The notes under the pieces: generated by a model | Database searches by the model: none | Seen by the model: the letters and a program-made list of their open reading frames with translations, nothing else | Told to the model about the DNA's origin: nothing | Assembly (NCBI GenBank): GCA_036559345.1 | Contig: DATBTL010000246.1 | Coordinates: 2,657-66,656 of the forward strand | Reading direction: 5' to 3' | Source of the DNA: Chloroflexota bacterium | GTDB lineage: Bacteria; Chloroflexota; UBA5177; JANWHV01 | Length of the DNA: 64,000 bases | Shown here: one piece after another, positions 56,271 to 64,000 of the stretch | Layout of the letters: each line of letters opens with the position of its first letter | Numbering within the stretch: position 1 is the stretch's first letter | Program-made: the position numbers and the translations under genes

Positions 56271-57173
56271 TCATCTCGCGTCCTCCAGTAGCTCGGCGAA
56301 CTCCGCGTAGATTTCGTCCGAGACCTGCTCGGCGGGTGCGCGCAGGCGGGCCGATTCGATCACCCCCATGCGGCGCAGCCACTCCTTCTGGGTGCCCACG
56401 AAGGCGCTGAATGACTGGTTGGCGAACAGCAGGAGCGGCAGCGCGCGGTGGAGCGCATGCCGTGCCGTCGCCAGATCATCCGACTGGAATGCATCCCAGA
56501 CCCGCACAAAGATATCGGCATAGGAACAGCCGGGCATGGTCGCTCTCGCCCCGCGCCGTAGCTCGTCCAGCAGATGCAGGCCGCCCGCGCCGCCAATCAG
56601 CGCCCCGTCACCTTTAGGATCGCCGGCTAGCAGGCGCGCCAGTTCGGCGATCTTGGGCACCGAGGGCAGCGCTTCGATCTTCAGGTATCGGATGCTGGAC
56701 ACCTCGCGCACCAGCCCCGCCAGCATCTCGGCTGAGAGGCTGGCGCCACTCATCTGGGGTGCATCTTGCACCACAATGGGTGTGGTAACGGCGCCGGCTA
56801 CCGCGCGGTAGTGTGCCACGAGGCCGGTGCCGCCTGGCGGCAGCACATAGGGGGGCAGAACCATCAGCGCGTCTACGCCGCGGACGCTGATCGCGCGCGC
56901 CAGCTCGATCGTGGCAGCGGTGGAGGGCCGGGCGCAGCTCATCATCACCGGCACGCGGCCGCGAGCGGCCTCCACGAGCGTGCGCGCCACCGCCACGCAT
57001 TCCACGTCACTCAGCGCCAGGTACTCGCTAGCCAGGCCGATCCCAATGCCGTGGACGCCCAGCCCGATGGTATGCTCGGCGACCCGCGCAAGTCCCGACA
57101 GATCCAGCCGGTCGTCGTCGGTGAAGGGTATGACCAGTATGGCCACCACGCCGCTCAGGTGCTTCGTCGTCAT
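56271..57173 (-). CDS. Dihydrodipicolinate synthase/N-acetylneuraminate lyase family aldolase (2-keto-3-deoxy-acid aldolase-like)
   Basis: DapA-family layout: GVVAILVIPFTDDD, putative Schiff-base Lys in RYLKIE. Confidence 0.85.
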   Translation of the reverse strand: MTTKHLSGVVAILVIPFTDDDRLDLSGLARVAEHTIGLGVHGIGIGLASEYLALSDVECVAVARTLVEAARGRVPVMMSCARPSTAATIELARAISVRGVDALMVLPPYVLPPGGTGLVAHYRAVAGAVTTPIVVQDAPQMSGASLSAEMLAGLVREVSSIRYLKIEALPSVPKIAELARLLAGDPKGDGALIGGAGGLHLLDELRRGARATMPGCSYADIFVRVWDAFQSDDLATARHALHRALPLLLFANQSFSAFVGTQKEWLRRMGVIESARLRAPAEQVSDEIYAEFAELLEDAR

Positions 57174-58384
57174 GGCGTCGCCGGCACCCGGTATCTGTCA
57201 ACCACCGCGTGGTTTAACTCCAGACCAAGGCCCGGTACGCCGGAGAGGCGTACGTGGCCGTCCTCGACCAAGGGTTCGCCGTGGAAGATCCACCAGAACG
57301 ACTCGTTGATGTCGGGCAGCACGCCCTGGTCCGGGGGCGGGAAGTATTCGGCGATTGGCGAGTTGAGGTGGGAGATCACCAGGTGGTAGTTATGCGCCTG
57401 GCCGGCGTGCGGGATCACCGGCAGGTCGTGCGCCGCGGCCATCGCCCACACTTTCTGTGCCTCGCTGATGCCGCCCATGCGATTCACGTCGGGCTGCAGC
57501 ACGTCGACCGCGCGCTCCTCAATCAGCCGGCGCATGCCGTAGCGGGTGTATTCGTGTTCGCCGCCGGAGATCAGGATGCCCCTGCTGTTGGCCAGCTCCT
57601 TTACCCGCGCGTAGCCCTCCACGTCGTCCGGACTGACCGGTTCCTCGATCCAACGCAGCCGGTATGGCTCCAGCAGCGGCAGGATGCGAGTGCAATAGCC
57701 GACGTCCCAGCCCATGTAGACGTCGGCCATCAGGTCCACGTCGTCGCCAATCACCTCGCGCACTGTCCGCACCAACTCCACGTTGCGCCGAATGCCGGCC
57801 GCCCCGTCGCGGGGGCTGTAGCCGAAGCGCAACTTCATGGCGCGGAAGCCCTGGCGCAGATAGCCTGCCGCCTCCGCCGCCAGCGCCTCCAGGTCCTCGG
57901 TGGCGTAGAGGCGGCTGGCGTAGACCGGGATTGTCTCGCGCATGCGTCCGCCCAGCAGGTTGTACACCGGCTGGCCCAACGCGTGCCCCTTGAGGTCCCA
58001 GAGCGCAATGTCCACGGCGCTAATCGCGGCAAGTACCATCCCCTTACGGCCATGGTTGAGCGTCGAGCGGTACATGGCCTCCCAGATCAGGTTGGTATCG
58101 AAGATATCGGCGCCCACCACGATTGGCTTGAGGGAGTGCTCCAGGGTATGGATCGTACCTCCGGTGGCCAGTGCCACCGTGCCGTAGCCGACCGAGCCGT
58201 CCTCGGCGGTAAGGGCCACGATCAGTGCGTAGAGCGAAACCCCTGCCGCGGTGGCGCTGGGAGGAGCATTCGTCGGCCAGCGCTCCATGATTGAGAGTGG
58301 CGTTACCAGGGTATTGCCCGTGCCCTTAGGCGGCGGGGCGCCGAACGAGCGCAGGGCGATAATCTCCATGCCGGTGACTTTCAT
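57170..58384 (-). CDS. RhamD-like enolase-superfamily dehydratase, second paralogue
   Basis: ORF 57170..58567 trimmed to ATG 58384 (GAAAGGA RBS). MADVYMGWDV, WIEEPVSPDDVEGY, GGEHEY, QPDVNRMGG, VIPHAG. Confidence 0.85.
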   Translation of the reverse strand: MKVTGMEIIALRSFGAPPPKGTGNTLVTPLSIMERWPTNAPPSATAAGVSLYALIVALTAEDGSVGYGTVALATGGTIHTLEHSLKPIVVGADIFDTNLIWEAMYRSTLNHGRKGMVLAAISAVDIALWDLKGHALGQPVYNLLGGRMRETIPVYASRLYATEDLEALAAEAAGYLRQGFRAMKLRFGYSPRDGAAGIRRNVELVRTVREVIGDDVDLMADVYMGWDVGYCTRILPLLEPYRLRWIEEPVSPDDVEGYARVKELANSRGILISGGEHEYTRYGMRRLIEERAVDVLQPDVNRMGGISEAQKVWAMAAAHDLPVIPHAGQAHNYHLVISHLNSPIAEYFPPPDQGVLPDINESFWWIFHGEPLVEDGHVRLSGVPGLGLELNHAVVDRYRVPATP

Positions 58385-58425
58385 GCGACCAATCCTTTCA
58401 TTTCCTTCCGGTCCCGCGCTAGATC

Positions 58426-59613
58426 TCACGGCACGGGCCGCGACACGTGCTCGACTCGCCGGGCCGCCTCGACTACTACCGCCTCGGCGCCAAACACCCG
58501 CTTGATGGCCTCCAGGTAGCCCATGCCGTGGATGGCGTCGGGCTCCAGGTAGCTGCCTTCGGTCCACTCGTTCCAGGCGTTGATGGTGAGGATCGGCGGA
58601 TTGGTAAGCCCACGATCCAGAAACGCGCGCGCCCGCTCCAGCGCGCGCCCGAACTGCTCGGGCGTGTTGCCGACCAGGATGGAGGTGAACGGGTAACCCA
58701 GATTGTCGTAGCTATCCGACTGCACCGTGCGCGGGCTCGGGTCCCAGCCCACGGTTACGTTCGGGAAGTACGGCAGGCCGTAGGCGCCGGCCAAGCGCTC
58801 CCAGTCCTCGGCCGCGGCCCGGGCGTAGTCAGGGTACGGTACGGTCGGGAAGGTCGTCATCGGCGTGTGGTGAATCCAGACGTAGGAAGTCACGCTCTCG
58901 AAGCCCAGCTTGGCCAACATGAGTTTGGGATCCTCATGGTGCGACTCGCCGGGAAGGATCTGGATCCCCCATACCACGGCATTGAGATGGAGCTCGCCCG
59001 CCCCGGCCGCGCGAGCCTTGGCGCGAAAGCTGTCCAACGCGGCACGGGTTTCCTCGATCCCACCCAGTCCCCTGACCAGCCTCATGAGCTCATAGAACGA
59101 GAAGTAGGCGCCCCCCTCGACACGCCAGTATGACGGGTGCCGCAAGTAGTGCCGCACCACGTAGTCGGTAGCCGCCTCAAAATGCGCGCGCGACTGCCTG
59201 CCCGGCACGAGCACGGGTGGGGACGTGCCGCGCACGGCCGGATGGATGTTCACCCAATCGTGGTTGGCCCACATCAGGGCGAAGCGCGGACGCGCGTTAT
59301 TGCGCGCGTGCAGGTACCCGTGGTCGAGCGCCCCATTCAGGAACGGCGCGTTGCCATACCAGTACCAGTCGTAGATAAAGGCGTCGATGCCATGGTCGGC
59401 CGCCGCGTTGATCTGCTGCTCGGCAACCGCGGGTTGCGACTCATCCTGGTAGCCCCAGGCAGGCACCTTGGGCTGCTGGTGACCTGGAAAGCGCGGTTCG
59501 GCTCGCTTGAGGAGCTCCCACTCCGTCCACCCCTCCCCGTGCCACTCGTTTACACGCGGGTCGGCATGGTATCCGGGGAAGTAGTACACGGCTATCTGGT
59601 GGGAGCGAGTCAT
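58426..59613 (-). CDS. Glycoside hydrolase family 99-like / WbsX-family protein
   Basis: IAVYYFPGYHADPRVNEWHGEGWTEWELLKRAEPRFPGHQQPKVPAWGY..DAFIYDWYWY..FALMWANHDW matches the WbsX/GH99-like N-terminal pattern. Confidence 0.8.
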   Translation of the reverse strand: MTRSHQIAVYYFPGYHADPRVNEWHGEGWTEWELLKRAEPRFPGHQQPKVPAWGYQDESQPAVAEQQINAAADHGIDAFIYDWYWYGNAPFLNGALDHGYLHARNNARPRFALMWANHDWVNIHPAVRGTSPPVLVPGRQSRAHFEAATDYVVRHYLRHPSYWRVEGGAYFSFYELMRLVRGLGGIEETRAALDSFRAKARAAGAGELHLNAVVWGIQILPGESHHEDPKLMLAKLGFESVTSYVWIHHTPMTTFPTVPYPDYARAAAEDWERLAGAYGLPYFPNVTVGWDPSPRTVQSDSYDNLGYPFTSILVGNTPEQFGRALERARAFLDRGLTNPPILTINAWNEWTEGSYLEPDAIHGMGYLEAIKRVFGAEAVVVEAARRVEHVSRPVP

Positions 59614-59654
59614 GATATCTCCTGTGGTGGCTCAGGTGGTTCTCAAACTGGGTC

Positions 59655-60572
59655 TTAGACTTTCAGGCCGGAGGACACCAGCCCTTCGATGAAGTAGCGG
59701 CTGGCGAATAGGAAAAGCACGAGGAGCGGAAAGGCGCCAATGACGTACGCGGCGAACTGCGGGCCATACGCCGCCGACGGGTCCCCCCCCGCCGTGTTCG
59801 TCAGATTGTGGGCCAGCTTCACCAGGCCCACGGTCATCACCTGCAAGTTATCGTCCGTGACGGCGACCGTGGGCCAGATATAGTCGTTCCAAATGTACTG
59901 CACCGACATGATCATGTACGTGCAGATAATGGGCAGTGAGAGCGGCATACAGATTCGCCAGTAGAGGCCCAGGACCTTGCAGCCATCAAGGCGCGCCGAC
60001 TCGAACAACTCTTCCGGAATCGCACGGAAGAAGGCGCGAAAGAGGAAGACGCCGAAAGGCCCGGACTGCACGATGTACGAGACGATCAGCGCCCAGCGAG
60101 TGTTGATCAGCCCCAGGTTGTGATACAGCACGAAGGTCGGAATCAGGTTCAAAATGGCTGGCACGGTCAGCATGAATATGATGGACCAATAGAAGAACTC
60201 GCGGCCGGGGAAGCGCAAGCGGGCGAAGGCGAAGGCGGTCACCGAGCAGAGCGCGGTGGCGCCAATTGTGCTGACCGTCGCAATCACCGTGGTATTGACC
60301 ATATAGTGCGCGATGATGTCCCAGGCGATCTGGTAGTTCTGCCAGCGCAGGGGGAAGGTAAGCGTCCAGCGGCTGTTCTCCCACTGGAGCGAGTTCTTAA
60401 AGCTGAAGAGGATCAGGGCCACGGCGGGGTACAGAGTCAAGGCCACGAAGAGCAGGAGAGCAAGGTGGATGAACCCTTGGCGCAACGCTTTCCCACGGCG
60501 TGCGCGGCGGGCAGCCAGGCTTGACGCGCGCGGGAATATTCCTCGTGCCGAGCGCCCTACGTTCACACCCAT
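59655..60572 (-). CDS. Carbohydrate ABC transporter permease
   Basis: Trimmed to ATG 60572 (GGGAGG 8 nt upstream). EAA loop SARLDGCKVLGLYWRICMP. Confidence 0.9.
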   Translation of the reverse strand: MGVNVGRSARGIFPRASSLAARRARRGKALRQGFIHLALLLFVALTLYPAVALILFSFKNSLQWENSRWTLTFPLRWQNYQIAWDIIAHYMVNTTVIATVSTIGATALCSVTAFAFARLRFPGREFFYWSIIFMLTVPAILNLIPTFVLYHNLGLINTRWALIVSYIVQSGPFGVFLFRAFFRAIPEELFESARLDGCKVLGLYWRICMPLSLPIICTYMIMSVQYIWNDYIWPTVAVTDDNLQVMTVGLVKLAHNLTNTAGGDPSAAYGPQFAAYVIGAFPLLVLFLFASRYFIEGLVSSGLKV

Positions 60573-60670
60573 CTTATGGCCTCCCATTCGTGGTAAACCA
60601 TCGGGCACGGCGTGAGCTGAGCACGGAGAACAGGGTGCCGTTTGCTGGCTGCCTAGCGTGAACACACATC

Positions 60671-61624
60671 CTACACCGGCCCTTCCGTTTGGGACGTCCG
60701 GGTAAGGCGCACCATGAGCACCGCCAGGAGCAGACCCACGATGAACAGCAGCACCCCGTACGCCGCGGCAACACCAAAGCGGTCGTTTTCGAATGCCTGC
60801 AGGTACATCTCCAGTGACGGCACGTCGGTCTGGTATCCGGGGCCGCCAGGCGGATTCGTCATGACGTACTGCATCTGAAACGCCCCAAGGCCGCCGATCA
60901 TCCCTAGCACGAGGAAGTACCGGATCTGGCCCATGAGGAGCGGCAGGTCGATATACCAGATGCGAGGGATGCCGGTCGTGCCGTCAAGGGCGGCTGCTTC
61001 GACGACTTCGTTGGAGATATTCATCAGTCCCGATAACCAGATCAGCACACCGGTACCGCCCACCCACGGGAAGTTAAAGAAGATCAGCGCACCCAGGGCG
61101 GTATTGAAATCGCCGAGCCAGTCTCGGGCCAGTCCCCCCAGTCCGATAGCCCGCAGGAAGGAATCAATCGGGCCGATGTTAGGGTCGTAGAAGAACATCC
61201 ACAACAGCTGGCTGACCACCAAGGGAACGACAATCGGGATCAGGAATAGGAAGCGATAGACGTAGCGGGCGGTCATGTTGCGCAGGGCGAAAATCAGCTC
61301 GGCGACGATGAGGGACGGCACGGTGCCGGAAATCAGGCTGCCGGCGAGCAGAATCAGCATGTTCGCGACTTCCTGGCCGAAGTGCGGATCGTTGAAAATA
61401 GCGCGGAAGTTGTCCAGCCCGACGAACGGCGAGTTCCCAGTCGGGTTCCAGGCAAAAAAGGCGTGGTACAGTCCCGAGATGGGTGGGTAGTAGACAAAGA
61501 CGATCATCACGAGGAACATGGGCAGGATCAGCAGATAGGCCGAACGGGCATTCCAGATCCGCTGCCATCCGGGGCGTCCCTCCATGGGCGTGCCTGCCGA
61601 GTGGGGTTTAGGCATGCTTGACAT
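60671..61624 (-). CDS. Carbohydrate ABC transporter permease
   Basis: EAA loop AAALDGTTGIPRIWYIDLP. AAGGGGA RBS. Confidence 0.9.
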   Translation of the reverse strand: MSSMPKPHSAGTPMEGRPGWQRIWNARSAYLLILPMFLVMIVFVYYPPISGLYHAFFAWNPTGNSPFVGLDNFRAIFNDPHFGQEVANMLILLAGSLISGTVPSLIVAELIFALRNMTARYVYRFLFLIPIVVPLVVSQLLWMFFYDPNIGPIDSFLRAIGLGGLARDWLGDFNTALGALIFFNFPWVGGTGVLIWLSGLMNISNEVVEAAALDGTTGIPRIWYIDLPLLMGQIRYFLVLGMIGGLGAFQMQYVMTNPPGGPGYQTDVPSLEMYLQAFENDRFGVAAAYGVLLFIVGLLLAVLMVRLTRTSQTEGPV

Positions 61625-62096
61625 GCTGGGTCCCCTTGAGCTTGGATGGGTCGATCACGTTGATGGTGATGGTCGTCGTTTTGTCGATCTCCAGGATCGT
61701 TCCCAGCGAGGTGTCGGTGATCTGGATCCGCGCCGGCAGCGTGGGTACGAAGTTATTGCTCATGGCCGCGATGTAGTTGAAAGTCGCTTTCCCCTGCTTG
61801 TCGGTGAACAGGCGATAGACCTCGATGAAGGCCAAACCGGGGCGCAGCAGCGTACCCGTGTTCTGGCTGACATCCAGCAGATCGAGCTGGTCGCCGGCGC
61901 GCGGGGTTCCGTCGCTATTGAGGTATTGCAGGGTGATCGTAGCCTTCGAGACATTGTCCCCTGGCAGAATGGCCGGCGTTACACGCGCCACTACCCGGAT
62001 CGCATTGGCGCGCGCTACATCGCCGTAGGTCACCACGGCGACCGCGATCGCGACCACCCCGACCGCCGCGAGGGCCACGCTCCGTACCTTGCCCAT
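61608..62096 (-). CDS. Membrane-anchored Ig-like (Big_1/invasin-like) domain protein
   Basis: Trimmed to ATG 62096 (GGAAGGAGG RBS). N-terminal TM VALAAVGVVAIAVAVV, then ATITLQYLNSDGTPRAGDQL...TDKQGKATFNY typical of bacterial Ig-like domains. Sits between the SBP and permease genes. Confidence 0.65.
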   Translation of the reverse strand: MGKVRSVALAAVGVVAIAVAVVTYGDVARANAIRVVARVTPAILPGDNVSKATITLQYLNSDGTPRAGDQLDLLDVSQNTGTLLRPGLAFIEVYRLFTDKQGKATFNYIAAMSNNFVPTLPARIQITDTSLGTILEIDKTTTITINVIDPSKLKGTQHVKHA

Positions 62097-62163
62097 GCAC
62101 GCCTCCTTCCCGCCGTGGGTCCGGGCGGAAGAGTCCGGACCCACGACGACGTGCCGAGAAACG

Positions 62164-63729
62164 CTAACTCTTGTTCGCGGCGAGCCATCCTTGACCGTCA
62201 GCCTTCAATTGCTTCTCCATGTTGGCGAAGAACTGCGTGTCGGTTTCATGGCCTGTTACCCAGATGGCCAATTCCTTCTCCAGGTTGGAGGTGGCATCGC
62301 TGGTAAGGCCGCCAAAATACGTATTGCCCAGGTTGCGCCAGTCGGGGATCGGCAGATTGTTGAGCGAGGCGTACAGGGGAGCCATGGTAGCTCCCACGGC
62401 CACCGGAATGTAGTCGGGATGCTCGTTGACGATGTACTGATCCTGTGCTGGTGCTGTAATGTACCGCAGCCACTCGATTGCCGCCGCCGTGTTGTTATCA
62501 CGCTTCACGGCCGAGGAAATGATGCCAAAGCTGCAGCCTTCGCATGTCGCGACCCGAGCGAGACGCGCGGCCGTACCGGTGGGCATCGAGCCGTAGGGGG
62601 CCATGACGCGCGGATCGGTCTTCTTGGTGGGGTAGGGCGGGAAGCCGATGGTCATGTTAAACTTGCGAGCGGGGTTGGAGTACTCACTGAACAGGTCGGC
62701 AATATAGAACTGTCGCTCGGCCAGCTTGCCTTGTGTCCACAGCGACTCCACGTCGGACGTTTGCCAACCGGGAACCCAGTAGCTCATGTACTGCTTGACC
62801 TGCAGGAACGCGGCTTGCATCAGGGGGTCGCTGGTGCTTATGGTCCCATTCGCGTATGCCTGGGCAATCTGCCTGGTGGTGGGATTATCCGACAGCTTGA
62901 TGCTGCCGAAAACCACCTTCGGGTCGATTTCCTTCAGGGCGTGCCCCATGTAGGGTCCCCAGAGTGCCGACCAGAAGGGCCAGGATGAAGCCTGGGCGCC
63001 GGTATGGCTGGTCTCGCCGGACATGGCGCTAATGCCCTTGGCTTTGAGCGTGGCCAGTTGCTTGAGCCAGGCGCTCCAGTCCACGGGAATCGCCAACGCC
63101 GCGCCGGCCTGCTTTAGGAGGTCGGTGTTGGCCATTTCACCGATCAGCAAGCCGGGGTAGGAGCCGGCCAGCATCACATCGTATGGCTGCTGCTTCCCGT
63201 TCAGATCCGCCGCGTCGCAGGTAAGGACCGTTGTGCCCGTCGGCGTGTTCGGCGGCTTGTTGACCGAGGCGGCAAAGTTGAGGCACCAGTTCTTGACCGC
63301 GGTATTATACGGATCGGGCCGCATCAGGTACGAGTTCAGATTCATCCAGTAGGTGGTAGCGCCTTCCATGGTACCGTTGTGGACGACCATGACATCGGGT
63401 GCGGTGTTGGCGGCCACCTGAGTCTCCAGATAGGTGTGTGTCTGATTGAGGCACGCCTGGACGACGGACACACAGACCGGCGCGACAAACTTAATGGTAA
63501 TGCCGGTCTGTGTTTTGAACTTGTCTGCCAGAACCTGCAGAGCATGATAGACAAGCGGATGCGCGGCCGTGGGTGCTCCAGTGCTGGGCGTCCACTCATA
63601 GGCATACATGGAGACGGTCTGCCCGGCTGCCGCGTGCGAGCTGGGAGCATGGAGAAGCGACTGAGGAGCCGCTGCCATTGTCGCCAGGACGAAGGCCATT
63701 GGGATCCGTAAAAGAGAGCTTAGTCGCAT
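62164..63729 (-). CDS. ABC transporter extracellular solute-binding protein (large, ~520 aa)
   Basis: Trimmed to ATG 63729 (GAGGAG RBS). Signal MRLSSLLRIPMAFVLATMAAAP. First gene of the minus-strand operon. Confidence 0.9.
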   Translation of the reverse strand: MRLSSLLRIPMAFVLATMAAAPQSLLHAPSSHAAAGQTVSMYAYEWTPSTGAPTAAHPLVYHALQVLADKFKTQTGITIKFVAPVCVSVVQACLNQTHTYLETQVAANTAPDVMVVHNGTMEGATTYWMNLNSYLMRPDPYNTAVKNWCLNFAASVNKPPNTPTGTTVLTCDAADLNGKQQPYDVMLAGSYPGLLIGEMANTDLLKQAGAALAIPVDWSAWLKQLATLKAKGISAMSGETSHTGAQASSWPFWSALWGPYMGHALKEIDPKVVFGSIKLSDNPTTRQIAQAYANGTISTSDPLMQAAFLQVKQYMSYWVPGWQTSDVESLWTQGKLAERQFYIADLFSEYSNPARKFNMTIGFPPYPTKKTDPRVMAPYGSMPTGTAARLARVATCEGCSFGIISSAVKRDNNTAAAIEWLRYITAPAQDQYIVNEHPDYIPVAVGATMAPLYASLNNLPIPDWRNLGNTYFGGLTSDATSNLEKELAIWVTGHETDTQFFANMEKQLKADGQGWLAANKS

Positions 63730-63756
63730 TGTCTTTTCACTCCTCGTTGGAGAACC

Positions 63757-63779
63757 GGCACTGCCATCCATGCAGTGCC
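63757..63779. promoter_or_regulatory. Inverted repeat GGCACTGC-N7-GCAGTGCC in the 5' leader of the SBP operon
   Basis: Perfect 8-bp arms, 28-50 nt upstream of the SBP ATG. Could be an operator or a leader hairpin. Confidence 0.3.
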
Positions 63780-63860
63780 TAAATGCGTTACCTCGGGCTG
63801 AAAGGTCTTTCGACCTCTCCTTTCTATCACCTCCTTCGACTCGAGCTAAAGCATGAACGG

Positions 63861-64000
63861 CTATCTGCTCGGAAAACCGGGTCGTACGGGCCTCGTGCCG
63901 TGCGCCGGGAGGCGCTCCTCGGTCGGTCGCATGCTCGACTCGCGAACCTTAATCGTGGTAGGCACGACAACCTGCTCTGGCCGCGGCGCGGGGTCGGCGA
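63861..64000 (-). CDS. Partial CDS (3' end only), LacI-family-like C-terminus
   Basis: The open frame running off the window edge ends ...PEQVVVPTTIKVRESSMRPTEERLP...PSR-stop. The VVVPTxLxVRES pattern is typical of LacI-family C-termini. Not in the ORF track because it has no start. Confidence 0.3.
   Translation of the reverse strand, partial: ADPAPRPEQVVVPTTIKVRESSMRPTEERLPAHGTRPVRPGFPSR

Noticed and set aside
2308-58294. Many long antisense or out-of-frame ORFs in the track (e.g. 2308..3021+, 4950..5744-, 7994..9349+, 10082..10777-, 30237..31046-, 45079..45969-, 50544..51521-, 52587..53576-, 57254..58294+)
   Set aside because: Each lies opposite or inside a gene with clear family motifs. 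They have Arg/Pro/Gly-rich compositions typical of high-GC shadow frames and lack RBSs.
5819-58567. N-terminal extensions of track ORFs (5819..7276, 17111..18292, 18392..20125, 33090..34415, 34246..35535, 57170..58567 and others)
   Set aside because: The extensions overlap the upstream gene and lack homology. Internal ATG/GTG/TTG codons with good Shine-Dalgarno sequences coincide with the start of family similarity, so the trimmed starts were used.
63800-63811. GAAAGGTCTTTC short palindrome downstream of the partial LacI-like gene, as a terminator
   Set aside because: The stem is 5 bp with a 2-nt loop, too weak to be a functional hairpin.

Overview
High-GC (about 65%) bacterial DNA, densely coding, with strong GGAGG-type ribosome-binding sites and frequent ATGA start/stop overlaps. 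All homology calls were made by eye from the supplied translations; nothing was searched or computed. Most of the window is accessory carbohydrate and sugar-acid catabolism. It holds five binding-protein-dependent ABC importers, none with an ATPase gene. It also holds five enolase-superfamily (mandelate racemase/RhamD-type) dehydratase paralogues, several SDR, Gfo/Idh/MocA and xylose-isomerase-like TIM-barrel enzymes, and LacI, GntR and IclR regulators. One Dpp-type peptide importer cluster carries an AstE-like deacylase, a class III aminotransferase and an M24 hydrolase.

Two parts are not metabolic.

(1) 19-2001 holds a VapBC-like toxin-antitoxin pair and a tyrosine recombinase preceded by a 28-bp dif-like core site.

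(2) About 32.2-39.8 kb looks like a plasmid or chromid maintenance module. In order it contains:
- a frameshifted RecD2-like helicase pseudogene;
- an excisionase-HTH::ParA fusion and ParB, flanked by two copies of a 16-bp palindrome (candidate parS);
- a 605-aa unknown protein;
- a 583-bp non-coding region with eight direct iteron-like repeats plus an AT-rich GATC tandem repeat;
- a gene combining a wHTH replication-protein-like domain with a DnaA-N-terminal-like tail.

This module is the most interesting candidate for a poorly described system: the replication origin and initiator set of a secondary replicon.

A second, decayed parA/parB remnant lies at 20.1-22.2 kb, next to truncated IclR and histidine-kinase fragments.

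No rRNA, tRNA, CRISPR array or intact transposase was recognised. Many long antisense ORFs in the track are ordinary high-GC artefacts.
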